Of a stretch of DNA of 64,000 nucleotides, positions 19,828 through 31,818 are shown one piece after another. The translations under genes were made by a program, and so were the position numbers. The notes under the pieces are model-generated. The model saw only the letters and a list, made by a program, of their open reading frames with translations, was not told the origin of the DNA and did no database searches. Within the stretch, counting starts at the first letter, position 1, and each line of letters opens with the position of its first letter. Origin of the DNA: a virus (taxonomy: Duplodnaviria > Caudoviricetes); IMG/VR virus record IMGVR_UViG_3300028886_000078, positions 17,321-81,320 of that record; one strand, given 5' to 3'.

Positions 19828-20478
19828 ATGAAATTTTCAGAATTTTTAAACCAAAAACAGCATTTGAATGAAAGAGTTACGCCTGAGTTTCGTGATGAAT
19901 TCGGTCGTAACGATTCATCAAGAATGTTTAGAAACATTAGAAAGAGTGCAGGAAATTTAGAAAATGCACCTTTTGATCCAAATGATGCACAGACTAGATT
20001 AACCCGTCTGCCTATCGAGATTATTGATCTCTTAAAAGTAAACAAGCAGAAGTTCAAGTATTTCAATCAGATTGAAAACTTCAAAGGTTTTGTTATTAAG
20101 ACTGAAAAATACTCATTCTGGTTTGAGGTTGATAACAACGGTATAATTACAGACCATGAAGCCGGAATCCGTGATATTAGTTTCCTTGATGATGGTGCAA
20201 CTACCTTTAGACAGTTATTTAATAGACTTGATGATGTAATCATGGTTTATGCTGTTACAACGGATAACAAATCTAAAAATCACCTTGATAGACTTATGGC
20301 ACATCTGAATCAGCCTGTTATCGATGATGTTGAAGATGACAAAGTAGAAGCTAGAGAAGTTGATCGTAATGCACGTATCGGTGAAAAGAGATTTTCAAGG
20401 GAATCCAAGAGATTAACTGAAAACCGTTCACGCAGAATGTGCCGTAATCCTCGCATTTCAAGAAGAATTGATAGATAA
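19828..20478 (+). CDS. Putative virion internal protein, paralog 2
   Basis: Near-identical 5' end and RBS to 19192; shared APFDPND, IENF.GF, DHE.GIR motifs. Confidence 0.7.
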   Translation: MKFSEFLNQKQHLNERVTPEFRDEFGRNDSSRMFRNIRKSAGNLENAPFDPNDAQTRLTRLPIEIIDLLKVNKQKFKYFNQIENFKGFVIKTEKYSFWFEVDNNGIITDHEAGIRDISFLDDGATTFRQLFNRLDDVIMVYAVTTDNKSKNHLDRLMAHLNQPVIDDVEDDKVEAREVDRNARIGEKRFSRESKRLTENRSRRMCRNPRISRRIDR

Positions 20479-20569
20479 TTTAACATTTTAAAAAGCATGA
20501 TATTGTCCTCAAATCTGTGTTGAAAAACACAGATTTTTTTTATTTTTTATTAAAAATCCATGATGAAAA

Positions 20570-20825
20570 ATTATTTTTTTTATATATTATATATAATATA
20601 TTAATAAAAAAATCATAAAAAATCATTCTAAAATCATAATTTTTGACTAGAATCTAGCATTTAAGGTATTTTAAAGGCTTAAAAAGGCATTTAATATATC
20701 AAAATTGAGTGGAAATACGGATTTTTAATGCAGAAAGCCACTTAAAATATCAAAATTGAGTGAAAATACGAAAAAATTAATTATTTTTTATATATTATAT
20801 ATATAATATATTAATAAAAATAAAA
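20570..20825. repeat. AT-rich non-coding module with direct repeats
   Basis: TTATATATTATATA(TA)TAAT at 20580 and 20788; ATATCAAAATTGAGTG(G/A)AAATACG at 20696 and 20747. Confidence 0.7.
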
Positions 20826-20888
20826 AAAATATAAATATTATAAAAAGCAAACCCTAAATGGGGTCATTTTTCAATAAAAGGAGATAAA

Positions 20889-21614
20889 ATGATACGTAGA
20901 CATTTAAGAAGACCATTAAGAGAAAACAAAATAGAATTCATCTATGATAATCTTAATGAAATTCTTCATAATCTCGATGCTAAAAAGTGTCAAGCGGCAC
21001 TTGATGAAATTGTATATCAGTTAAACGTCACATTTAATACAGATAATTTTGACCGAACATATATTGAGCCGGAAGTTGCTGACATGTTCATCATCAAGCG
21101 TATTAAATCTGAAAAGATTGGTATTGAAAAGAAACTGTATAACGGCATGATTTCATGGGATGTTAAAATCCCTAATCCAACAAGCAATTTTGATGAGGAA
21201 GTTGCAGAGCAAGCCGTAGATGATTTAAATGATAAACTGTTTAACATCGGCGGAACTGTGGTTGAACTTGCCGGAAGAAGCAACGGTCATTTAGTTGTAT
21301 CTAGGGGTCAAGACATTTTCCAGATCAATAGTTTCTTTGAGAATAAACCGGTTGATGCATTTTTAAAAATCTTTGATGGTTTTGAAATTTTTAATGAAAC
21401 ATATATTGAAGATATTATGGATGATTACAATAATATCTATGATATGATTGAAAACGAAATATGCAAATCAATACGGAATGATGAATATTCTGCATCTGGA
21501 ACTTTAAATGTTATGTTAAATTTTGACGTATTTGATTTAAGCGATGATTTTATCAAAGACCTGAAACTAATTGATAGAGAAGTCAAAAAATTTCTTAATC
21601 GTTATTCAGAATAA
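20889..21614 (+). CDS. Hypothetical late protein with basic leader (MIRRHLRRPLRE)
   Basis: TATAAATA at 20830; AGGAG RBS. Confidence 0.7.
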   Translation: MIRRHLRRPLRENKIEFIYDNLNEILHNLDAKKCQAALDEIVYQLNVTFNTDNFDRTYIEPEVADMFIIKRIKSEKIGIEKKLYNGMISWDVKIPNPTSNFDEEVAEQAVDDLNDKLFNIGGTVVELAGRSNGHLVVSRGQDIFQINSFFENKPVDAFLKIFDGFEIFNETYIEDIMDDYNNIYDMIENEICKSIRNDEYSASGTLNVMLNFDVFDLSDDFIKDLKLIDREVKKFLNRYSE

Positions 21615-21668
21615 TAAAATATATTGATAAATTTATAGAAGTGACATAAAATGTCACTTCTTTTTTTT

Positions 21669-22808
21669 TTAGAATCCTATTCTTTTGCCGATATTTGTCT
21701 TTCTAACCGATAAATCTTTCAAATATTCTTTTTTAGGTTCAGTACCTTTTAGATTATTGATACAATATACTAAATCTGCAATAGTTACGGAATTTTCAAA
21801 AGGATATGGTTCAGTAATACCCTCTGATTTCCATATTTCAAGACCTTCTTCAAGGCTTAATTCACGCATTTCAATAACATCAAACAATCTACCTTTTCTA
21901 AGAATAGCCTTATCCATATCACGGTATTCCTGATTGGTGGTAACAATGAACTTAATCTTGTTCTTGCGTACCCCATCGGTAAAGGTAAGGAACTTTGAAA
22001 GGAATTTATTATGTTTTGTATCTTCACTATCTCTGCTACCTAGCATGAAATCGAAATCATCCAAGATTACTAAATCTATCTTGTTATCACGGATTTGATA
22101 CCAGAAAAAGTCATTCAGCAAGATATTAGCATCGCTGATAGTTGCAACGGTTCGATTATATGAATTTACCTTATTGCTTGCAAGGTATTCAATGGCTATA
22201 GAAGTTAGTTTAGATTTACCAGTACCGCTTTTCCCAACAAGCAATAAAATGTTTTCATCACCGGTAAAGAACTGTTTAAACATCTCATCGGTATCAATAT
22301 AAGGAATATAGTTTTTCTTAGGCTTAAAATCATTTTTAAAGAATGAACGTACATATTCACAGCCGCCCATACCGTTCAAATAATATGAAAACATCGTGAT
22401 ATTTAATTCTGATAATTCATTTTTTATAATATTATTATATATAATATTAAACTTATTAATTAATTCTAAACTTTTAGCTTTTCCGTAACCTCGAATCATT
22501 TCATCGTCATAAATGATTAAGAGTGTGAAATCATCGGAAATTACACGGATATTCAATCCGTTGCTGTTACTTAAATCATACTTTTCAAATGAATGTTCCT
22601 TTGCAATTTCAGCTAAAAACCGTTCAACGGTATCACGATATTTAAAAAGGAATTCGTTAAATTTATATAGCATTCCCTTATTTAAATAAATCAAATCTTC
22701 TGCATTTTCTACAGCATAACTTATTACAGATTGAGTCATTTCACTTTCCTTTTGAGGTATAAAATTTAAATTGTTTGAGTATTTTGCTTTTGCAAACTGT
22801 ATATCCAT
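21669..22808 (-). CDS. AAA+ ATPase
   Basis: Walker A GKSGTGKS, Walker B VILDD, VTTN, DKAILRKGR; likely start ATG 22808. Confidence 0.85.
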   Translation of the reverse strand: MDIQFAKAKYSNNLNFIPQKESEMTQSVISYAVENAEDLIYLNKGMLYKFNEFLFKYRDTVERFLAEIAKEHSFEKYDLSNSNGLNIRVISDDFTLLIIYDDEMIRGYGKAKSLELINKFNIIYNNIIKNELSELNITMFSYYLNGMGGCEYVRSFFKNDFKPKKNYIPYIDTDEMFKQFFTGDENILLLVGKSGTGKSKLTSIAIEYLASNKVNSYNRTVATISDANILLNDFFWYQIRDNKIDLVILDDFDFMLGSRDSEDTKHNKFLSKFLTFTDGVRKNKIKFIVTTNQEYRDMDKAILRKGRLFDVIEMRELSLEEGLEIWKSEGITEPYPFENSVTIADLVYCINNLKGTEPKKEYLKDLSVRKTNIGKRIGF

Positions 22809-22810
22809 AT

Positions 22811-23695
22811 TCACAATCTCTTGGTTAAAATCATTCTTGCGGTATCGAATTCCGTTCCTTTCATACCTAGATATGTAAGCCATTTAAGCATTGCATCCTT
22901 GCTTATTTCGCACTCTGTATTACACTTGGTATATTTTAAGTGTTTTGCTTTATTACAGATAGCTAAACAAAGCTGGATAAAAGCTTTTAACTGTCCGGCA
23001 TGAATACCGTTCAATTTGGTTTCATCGGGTTTATCAAACTGAAACATTCTAAACTCTATTGTATTCATAATAAAGGTAGAATGCAAGTTTAACATATGAT
23101 ATCTTGATGGATTATATTTTTCAGTTCTTGACTGCAAGGGGTCACACTGGGTTTTATACCATATGTCTTTGAAGTTATCTAAAGACAATGGTTTATCCGC
23201 ATTTAATTCCTTTAGGAACAGTTTATCGGTAGGTTTACAATAACGGTGTAATCTGCTTGGGTCAATATCTAAAGCTTTAATCAATAGCTTTTCATGCATA
23301 GCTATCATATTGCTTAAGTTTCTTAAAGAAGTTGCGGTCTGACCGCAGGATTCTACATGAACATGCACACCGCAATTCCTCGATGCATCGCTTTTAGCAC
23401 CGGCTTTACGTAAGGTTCTGCAAAGTTCCTGTAATGTTTCGATATCATTTTTATATGTTAAGACTGGGGTTATAAGTTCAACCTTATGAGTATCATCACC
23501 TAAGATACTTGCATCCTTTGCAAATTTCCATTCTCTGCCTAGACTATCCCATGCAGCCCATACACTTCCATTATGCTGTAAATCTACTACATCATAATCC
23601 CCAGTACCAAAGAATATAGATGCAAGCTTAGATGCACGTCTTCTAGTTATTGCATTCATTTCAACTTCAACACCAAATCTTTGTTCAAACATCAC
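22811..23695 (-). CDS. Putative amidoligase (Amidoligase_2 family)
   Basis: FGVEVE, DASI, ELITPVL, CGVHVHV, SRYHMLN, TIEFR. Confidence 0.9.
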   Translation of the reverse strand: MMFEQRFGVEVEMNAITRRRASKLASIFFGTGDYDVVDLQHNGSVWAAWDSLGREWKFAKDASILGDDTHKVELITPVLTYKNDIETLQELCRTLRKAGAKSDASRNCGVHVHVESCGQTATSLRNLSNMIAMHEKLLIKALDIDPSRLHRYCKPTDKLFLKELNADKPLSLDNFKDIWYKTQCDPLQSRTEKYNPSRYHMLNLHSTFIMNTIEFRMFQFDKPDETKLNGIHAGQLKAFIQLCLAICNKAKHLKYTKCNTECEISKDAMLKWLTYLGMKGTEFDTARMILTKRL

Positions 23696-23724
23696 TCACT
23701 TCCTCTTCTTCAAAACTCGTTAAA

Positions 23725-23796
23725 ATAATACTTATTTGTATTTGAAATGTCAATATATACTTAAATACTTGATTAAATAATGTGATGTATATCAAA
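23725..23796 (-). promoter_or_regulatory. sigma70 promoter with CRP-like box
   Basis: TTGACA(23753-23748)-N17-TATTAT; box TGTGA-N6-TCAAA at 23781-23796. Confidence 0.6.
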
Positions 23797-23827
23797 TATA
23801 TGGATTTTGAATGTACTGCAAGGGGGT

Positions 23828-24260
23828 CTAAAAGTGCTGAAAGTGTTAATAAACTATTTGAGTTTGCAGAAAGTTTATTGCATGTTTGATGGGTTTCGAT
23901 GGGTGAAATGACTTAAAAAGTGCTGAAAGTGTTAATAAACTATTTAAGATTTGTAAAAGTTTATCGCATGTTTGAGGGTGGTTTCTATGATTTTTAACTG
24001 TATAGAGCAAGGCTCTTTAGTCTTAAAGAACCCCAAATATGCTCAAAATGCATATAAACTATTTGAAATCGTTAAAAGTTTATTACATGTTTGAGGGTGG
24101 TTTTGAAGTTTTTAACCGTTTGCATGGTACTAGAACTAAGTTCATGACTGATACAGACTTCTAAAAAGTGGCTCAAAATAGCGATAAACTATTTAGAATC
24201 CTTAAAGGTTTATTGCATGTTTGAGGGTGTTTTTAAAGTTTTTAACCGTTTTTAACCGTT
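23828..24260 (+). repeat. Palindromic repeat array B (4 cores, periods 86/119/130 bp)
   Basis: TAAACTATT cores at 23850, 23936, 24055 and 24185, each followed by GTTTAT..CATGTTTGA. Confidence 0.9.
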
Positions 24261-24280
24261 TTTAACATGTTTTCATAAAC

Positions 24281-24345
24281 CGTGATGTATATCACGGTTA
24301 TTCTTTTATAAAATACTTGACATTTAATAATTTTTATAATACTAT
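24281..24345 (+). promoter_or_regulatory. sigma70 promoter with CRP-like box
   Basis: CGTGA-N6-TCACG (24281-24296); TTGACA(24317)-N17-TACTAT. Confidence 0.7.
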
Positions 24346-25389
24346 ATACGCATAGATTTGAGAGAGGATTGAAAAATGAGAACTATAAGAACTGCTGATA
24401 ACAATGTATTGATTAATACTTTATGGACAGAATTAAACGGTTACAAGGAACTTATTGCTGATGTTTATTATTATAATTATTATGAAAGCAAATACGAGTT
24501 CATTTGCCACCATCAAAGACCTGTTGCAAGACGTTCCGTATATGAACGCATGTGCATTCAGAATGCACTTAAAGATTATTATCATGGGTACACCGATGAT
24601 AACGGTACTGCAATCAGCTATAACGAGTACAAAGAACTTGAATATATGAGCAGTCTGTGCGAGGATGATGAGGAATAACAAAGTATTTTCTTTAGAAAAC
24701 ACTTGACATTTTGATAAGTTTTGCAATAATATCATTCTATGAATTTGAGAAAGGATTGAAAAGATGGATTTTGAAGTTGAGAATGATTTATCTGAAAATA
24801 TTGACCTTGAAGAACGTGCATCAAGCTTCAAAGCTGAAATATGCACCGATATTATTCAAACGATCAGCCATGTTGTTCTTGCAAGAATGATTGCAGATTT
24901 CACATTAAAACTTGCAATGCATGATACCACCCCAGACCGTATTGCCGGAGTTCAAATGGCTGCAAAAGAATACGACAAAGCCGTGCATAATGCAAAGAAA
25001 GCAATCATGGCAAATCTTAGTTGTTTCACTGCCGATGAAACAGAAGAACTATTGCGTTCTGATACTGGATATTATACAATCATTGAAAAATTGTCTGAAT
25101 TTTTTGAAGAGGTATGCTAAATGAATGATCTACAAAACGCAATTGTTGAAATAAACCAGCGTTTGAAAGAATTCTGCAAGGAACTTCATACTGCATATGA
25201 TTGTACAGAACTGTTTCATGAGATACGCAAAAAGTATGGTTTTGAATTTGAAATAAATCCATATTCCCAAGCTGTAGGGTCGGTAGGTTCAAACTTTCCG
25301 TATGTATACGGTCAATGTGTTGAATGGATTCGTTTCCATTATTCATTTTTTAGAAAAGATGGGTTAATTGAATACAAGATGTATCTTGA

Positions 25390-25662
25390 ATGATAATAGA
25401 TAAAAATTTGCAACTTGATTGCCGGATTAAAAGAACCAGTGATATTCTGACACCGTTCACTTATTTTGTTGCAAAGACTTTGCGAGGTGAAACCGTGTAC
25501 TACACGGATGTCGCATACGGTTTTTGCAATCTTGATGAATGTCCAAAAGGGATTTTAATTGATGTGAATGATTGCCCTTATTCAAATTATCGGTTTAAAA
25601 TCAGAAACGAAAGACAGATTATTGATGCACAGTTCATAATCCCTGAGAGGTGGTTGCGATGA
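25390..25662 (+). CDS. KLDKRI-family protein (N-domain only)
   Basis: LDCRIKRTSDILTPF...NLDEC.KG.L...FIIPE. Confidence 0.65.
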   Translation: MIIDKNLQLDCRIKRTSDILTPFTYFVAKTLRGETVYYTDVAYGFCNLDECPKGILIDVNDCPYSNYRFKIRNERQIIDAQFIIPERWLR

Positions 25663-26811
25663 CGGAAAGCGAATACAAAGTTTTGAGATATTCAAAAACA
25701 TTAGAAGTACTTAAAAAATATGATAGTGGCATATGGAAAACCAAGGAAGATATTGAAGGTACTTTAAAATATCTTTTAGACACTTTAACAATTCAATACC
25801 AGAATCCAGAACCTATGCATACTGAAATAAGGGATTTTGTACTAAATGAGATTTTCAATATCGATGTTGCCCTTGATGTACTGTTTCATTTGAGTGCTGA
25901 GATCTATTATATTAATCAGATTTTTCTTGAACTCGAATTGAGAAAGAACGGTTCGTTATGCGATTATTTAAAACCTAAAAACATTTTTGATAATGTTTAA
26001 GGAGTTTAAATGAAATTTTCTGAATTCTATATCAATACACGATATGATTTTGCTGTAATAAATGTCATTACAGAAAAAGTTGGTGAACTTGTTTCAAATG
26101 TTTTAAATCTGCCTACAGATAGTAATATTAAACAGTATAAAGATTTTCAAATCTTTCATATGCAGCCGGTTATTGAAAATGAGAAACACGGTTTCAGAAT
26201 GTTCATAGCAAAGAGTTCAAAAGAATACGGCTCTTTTTGTTTAAAAAATCAAGTGTGGAGTACAACAAATATGGAATATAAAGCTATTGCAAATCAATTT
26301 AATTATTATTATAATCTTTGGAAAAATGATCAAATAACTTTTGAAACCCCTGATGATGAGGAAAAATTCCTTAGTGCAGTATGCATTTCACGGCTTCGTG
26401 CAAATGATGGTAAGTTTCAAGAAGATACTAAAATGCATTGTGATGTCATTCTTGAGAGAGAATTAAAAAAGTTAAACGATTTTAAGATTAACTATGACAT
26501 ATAATGTCATATTAAGGGTATATTAACATAAAAATGGATAGGAATTATGAAGAGATGGAACAATGTTGGGGACTATAGAAGTAAGTATATGGAGAAATGA
26601 TGTATATATGCTTACAGTTAACAGAAAAGAAAATGAAGTTAATGACTTTATTATAAAGTTTTTATCATCATTTAATGATGATGATGGTGACTACGAGATA
26701 GTTGGTACTAATAAAGATGTGTATTGTGTTATAGATTTGTATGGTACAATATCTACTATCTATAAATGTATAGATAACGATAAACCATTTAACATATAGG
26801 AGACAGTTAAT

Positions 26812-27402
26812 GTGAATATAAGTTCTCTATTTCCTGCATATGAAGAATATGAAAATTATAGTGAATGTTATCGTAAAATAATTGAAGCTTATGATGCTCT
26901 AGTTGATGTAAAATATGGTCAGTTAGACATATATACTAAGAAACCTATTAAAGATAAAGTTAGTGATGATGCTATATTGGTATGTAAACCTGACCAATTA
27001 ATGAAGTATAAGGTTGGTACTTGTTGGGATCAGTCGTTATACACATATGCTAGATTAAAGAAAGATCTAGGTACAGCTAATGTACGTGCTATAGGTTATG
27101 CGTATACTGATGCACATAATAAGATTACAACGCATACTACAATTATAGCTAAAGATACAATTATAGCTAAAGATAGAAAAGATTACTATTGGACTGAACA
27201 TGCTTGGGACGAACAACAAGGTGTACATGGTCCATACAAATCGGTTGATATAATAACATGTGAGATAAAATCCTATTTACCTAAGAGTAGTAAAATATTC
27301 ATATGGAAAGACAATCTCAATGCAGTATATGATAAATTGCTTGCTCAAAATAAAGATATATCAGCAAAACAATTTGCTACTGAGGTATTTAATTTTAAGT
27401 AA
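26812..27402 (+). CDS. Hypothetical protein, possible transglutaminase/papain-like fold
   Basis: GTCWDQ...HTT...YWTEHAW; internal 18-bp duplication (TIIAKD x2). Confidence 0.45.
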   Translation: MNISSLFPAYEEYENYSECYRKIIEAYDALVDVKYGQLDIYTKKPIKDKVSDDAILVCKPDQLMKYKVGTCWDQSLYTYARLKKDLGTANVRAIGYAYTDAHNKITTHTTIIAKDTIIAKDRKDYYWTEHAWDEQQGVHGPYKSVDIITCEIKSYLPKSSKIFIWKDNLNAVYDKLLAQNKDISAKQFATEVFNFK

Positions 27403-30011
27403 AATAATTAATGAGGTGAAAATGGATAGGAATAACGTAAGTCACGTTTACGTGTTAACAAATTTACAAGGTTTGTGTGAATTGGCTAAAACCGAACTTT
27501 TTAAAAAGAAAATTGCCCGAACTACAATAACTAAAACAAAAGATGATCGTTACTTTTTCGAAAGTGTAGCGATACATTATTGGAAGTGTGCTCCAGCAAG
27601 CAGTGCTGATAATATACGTGAATTTATGGATGTTCTTAAACAACAGGAATATTACGAATATGTTCGCCGAAAGTTCAATAGTGATATCGGTGGTAGTGAA
27701 GTAGTTGAAATACTAGGTTCACCTGATGCAGATACATTGGGATTAGAACCGGTTAAATTAATTCCTATTCTAAATGAAGGACATATACTATCTTCCGATG
27801 AACTAACTGCTTTAGGAATATAGCTTAGTGTGAACTACCTCACACAATAAATGTGTGGGGGTTGTATGAGATTAAAAATATGACTAAATTATCAGAATTT
27901 TTAGATTTAACCACTGCAGACTTCTATATTATTGATATAGAAGACCTCGAAACTTATAACCGCAGATTGATTATGGATGATGTTCATTATGTGGATTCTA
28001 ATAAGTTTGATAATTTTAGAGTTGTTAAAAGCAAAACAATATATTTTGAAAACGGCTTTCTTGATGATGAAAAACATAAGATTTGCATTCATGTAACCTT
28101 GATGAGGTAAATTAAAATGAGTAAATTTGCTGTATTCCACATTTTTGACGTTGATGGTGGGTTTGGAGATGCAATCGCTCAAAAAGAGATTATCTGCATC
28201 TTTGATACTGAAGAAGAAGCAAATACATTCAAAACTAAATACGAGAAACCGCATGTTTATGATACCCCTTATCAGTCCTTAGAATGCGGCATACTTGAAG
28301 TGATGGAATTACCAACAACCTATAACGAAAAAAGTTTTTGGTGGCTGCATGATAGTAAAGAAGAGGATGATGATGACTGCTAAAGAACTGATTGATAAAC
28401 TTGATCCGAATACAAAAGCAAATCTCTGGGAAATCATGGTAGATTGTTGCAATTATGATGCGAGTAAAACTAAAACGCTCAATAGCGAAGTCAAAACATG
28501 GAGTTTTGAATATTGTCTTGATAATCAGTTTTTTAAACTGGTTTTAAAAATATATACCGCAAATTGTAAGCTGCCTTATGCATAAAGATGTGTGGTTTTG
28601 TGAGGATTATAAAAAATGACAGCGAAAGAACTTATTGAAAAGCTTGGCTCGAATACCAAAGCAAATCTCTGGGATATCATCATTGACGGCAATGAATACA
28701 ATGAGGATGATACAGAAAACATTCCAGAACACTTAAATTCGCAACTTCACAAATGGGAACTGGATTACGGCATTTGTGAAAGATTTTTCCAACTGACTTT
28801 AAGGATCTACACGGTAGATTATGAACCATACTTTTTTGAGGAATACGAATAATTCTATATTATACGTAATTTTTAAGTATTTAAATTTTTTCTTTATGTT
28901 ATTATATAAAGAATATAAAAATTTTTAAGATAATTAAAACAAAAGATTAAAAATGGATGCTTTAGATTTTATCTGTAAACTTTCACCGGAAACAAGAAAG
29001 AACTGCCAGATTTTTATTGATGATTTTGACTATGAAACGGAACATATCATTTCAACTACAAGTGAGATTGAAAAAGTTGATATTGAACCTGAGATAGTTG
29101 AAAATCAAGTTAAAATGAGCATTAAAATTTTAACAGTTGATTATAGAAAACAGCATGATTATTATATAAGATATAATAACAATAATATTAAAGATCCTAA
29201 CGCTTTGGCAAGATTGACCTTACGAGGTTGTTTTTCCTTAATAAGGAATTATAGAGGCCCTATTGTAATAAAATCTTTAAATGATGAATTAAAAATCAAA
29301 CTTGATAAAGATTTTCCTAATCGGAAAGAAAGAATTGATTTTTTAAAAGATGCTTATTATAAACATTTAGATAGATTCGTTTATACAATTAAAGAATGTG
29401 GAAGTCTTGAAAAACACCGGGAGATTATCCTTGAAAACAGTTGATTTTTATCCACTATCGAGAATAATCTTGATGATGTGGATTTTAAAAAGGAATAAAC
29501 AAAATGATCGGAAATGAGAAACAGATTGCAAATGATGTTATCACTGCAGCTAGAAAACTTCAAAACTGTTTAGCCATGTACAATACTGCAAATCCATTTA
29601 TAAAAGTTAAAGACTATTATTATATAGATTTTCATGACAAACTTGAAAATCTTATTGATAGAGTAAAATCTGAAAACAATATAGATACGGATTTTCAAGA
29701 TACTTTAAATGCTATTAAAGACAACAAAAAGAAAGTTGAAACCGTAAATCAGAAACTTTCCGAGTACATGAAAACTCTAAAAGACTTCTATGGTGAGATC
29801 ACCGTCAAAACTTTAAAAGATAATTACGATGATTCCTTTGAGATTTCATTCTATACTGATAAAATAGATGATAATATTATCAAAACTTTAGAAAAGTATA
29901 AAAATTATGAGGTGTATGATGTGCGTTGTGAGCAATACTGCTCATTACCACCGATTGACTGCAGAATAATCATTTTAGACAATAGGAAAACTAAACCATG
30001 GTAGGTGCATT

Positions 30012-30305
30012 ATGAAACTAGACCCAAGAATTAAGCAAGGTTGCAGACCCTTTACAATGTTTGATACCGATGCTGCAAAAGAGTTCATCGGCAAGCAAGG
30101 ATTTTTTCACGATGATTTAGATGTTTTCCATGATTTGAATTATAACGCATGGAGAATTGGTTTCGGCACTTTGAAAAAAGTCAGCGATAATGTTAATGCA
30201 CCGTTCTTTTTCAATCAAAGAGATGGTTTAAAATATTTTCTGCCGTTGGAATATACTGAGGGAATTAATGTTCTTGAAATTAAATTTAAATTTAAGGAAA
30301 ATTAA
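30012..30305 (+). CDS. KLDKRI-family protein (N-domain only)
   Basis: MKLDPRIK..FD..AKEFIGKQGFF...YFLP. Confidence 0.75.
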   Translation: MKLDPRIKQGCRPFTMFDTDAAKEFIGKQGFFHDDLDVFHDLNYNAWRIGFGTLKKVSDNVNAPFFFNQRDGLKYFLPLEYTEGINVLEIKFKFKEN

Positions 30306-31461
30306 ATGAACAAGCAAACAATTTTAAAGGAATATGAGGAAACTATTGAAAAAGAATTTGAACTTTCAATGCTGCTTTCAAATTTTGATAATAATACCGA
30401 GTTCAGTCATTCTAGCAGTCATACAAGTTATAATCTTTTACTTTTACTACAACAAAATTTAAACCAAAAATTAAAAATCCTTGAAATGATTGCTTTAAAT
30501 GAAAAACTTTATGAAATTGCTGATATTCAAAGAAAGCATTTTGATAAATTGACTTCAACTTCTGGGGATTAAAATGAGTTGGAAAAAACCTAGATATCTG
30601 AATGATGATATTGATAATTTAAGGAAGGAAATTTTAGAAAATCCATCTGAAGATAAACTTCAATATTTAGAATATCTTTTAAAACTTAGATGGTTTACTA
30701 TGTTATATGAGAAAACATCATTTATTACTTTAAGCGATTTTAAAAAAGAGGATTTAAAAAATGAATAAAGAAACAATCGTAAAGGAATACGAGGAAACCA
30801 TTCAAAAAAGATCTGAACTTTCAAAGCTGATTTCAAATTTTGATACTAATACTGAGTTCAGTCATTCAAGTTTAGATCTGTTATTTTTGTTAAGACAAAA
30901 TTTAAATCAAAAATTAAAAATCCTTGACATGATTGCTCGAACTGAAAAAATATATGAAAACGATGATATTCAAGACTTGACTTCAACTTCCGGGGAATAA
31001 AAAATGAGCAAGGAAAAGCTTATTGAACTTCGCAATAACATAGACTGGATTGTGAACAAAGTTAAAAATAAGGAAGTCAGCGATTCTGAAATGTACGATA
31101 AACTTTCAAACATTTCACCGATTCTTGTTGAAGCTAGAAACCGTCTTGACAGGCAGATTGAATTTCATAAACAATATGCAGAAAAACTGATTTGGTCAAA
31201 AACTTTTGGAGTGAGGGATTAATTATGAGTTATGCACTTTTTGCAGTAAATGCGAAAACCGATGAACAAGCTTGGGATATTCTTGAAGAATATTATGAGG
31301 TAAATAAATATGTTTGTTCAATCGGCAATACACATATTTTTGTTTGCTTTTATGACTTAAGTGTAGGTGATAATTCACCTAGGGATATCGGGGATAATAT
31401 CATATTTTTGCAGGATGATATCAATCCGAATACAAAAATATATACTACAAAGGATTAAAAA

Positions 31462-31818
31462 ATGAAGTTAGATAAAAGAATAAAAAGAGGTAAAAAACCT
31501 TTAACACCTTTAGATCTTGAAAAGGCATATGAATTTATAGGGAAAATATGTTTATTCTCAAATTACGCTTCATATTTTGAAAATCTTGATTTAGTAGATC
31601 CGAGAATTGATTTTTATCAATTAAGTTCTATTAACGAAAAAGACGAAAAAGATTGTCCGTTTTGCGGTATGGGATTTTTCATTAACAGTAATTTTAGATA
31701 TTGCTTACCAGCAGAATGGATAAAATTAAAAGAATTAAAATATCGTGCAAATTCGACCGAACAATGTTTAAACGATTTAATAAAAAATAAACAATGCAAG
31801 GAAATTAATAATGAATAA
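31462..31818 (+). CDS. KLDKRI-family protein (N-domain)
   Basis: MKLDKRIK..PLTPLD.EKAYEFIGK...YCLPAE. Confidence 0.75.
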   Translation: MKLDKRIKRGKKPLTPLDLEKAYEFIGKICLFSNYASYFENLDLVDPRIDFYQLSSINEKDEKDCPFCGMGFFINSNFRYCLPAEWIKLKELKYRANSTEQCLNDLIKNKQCKEINNE

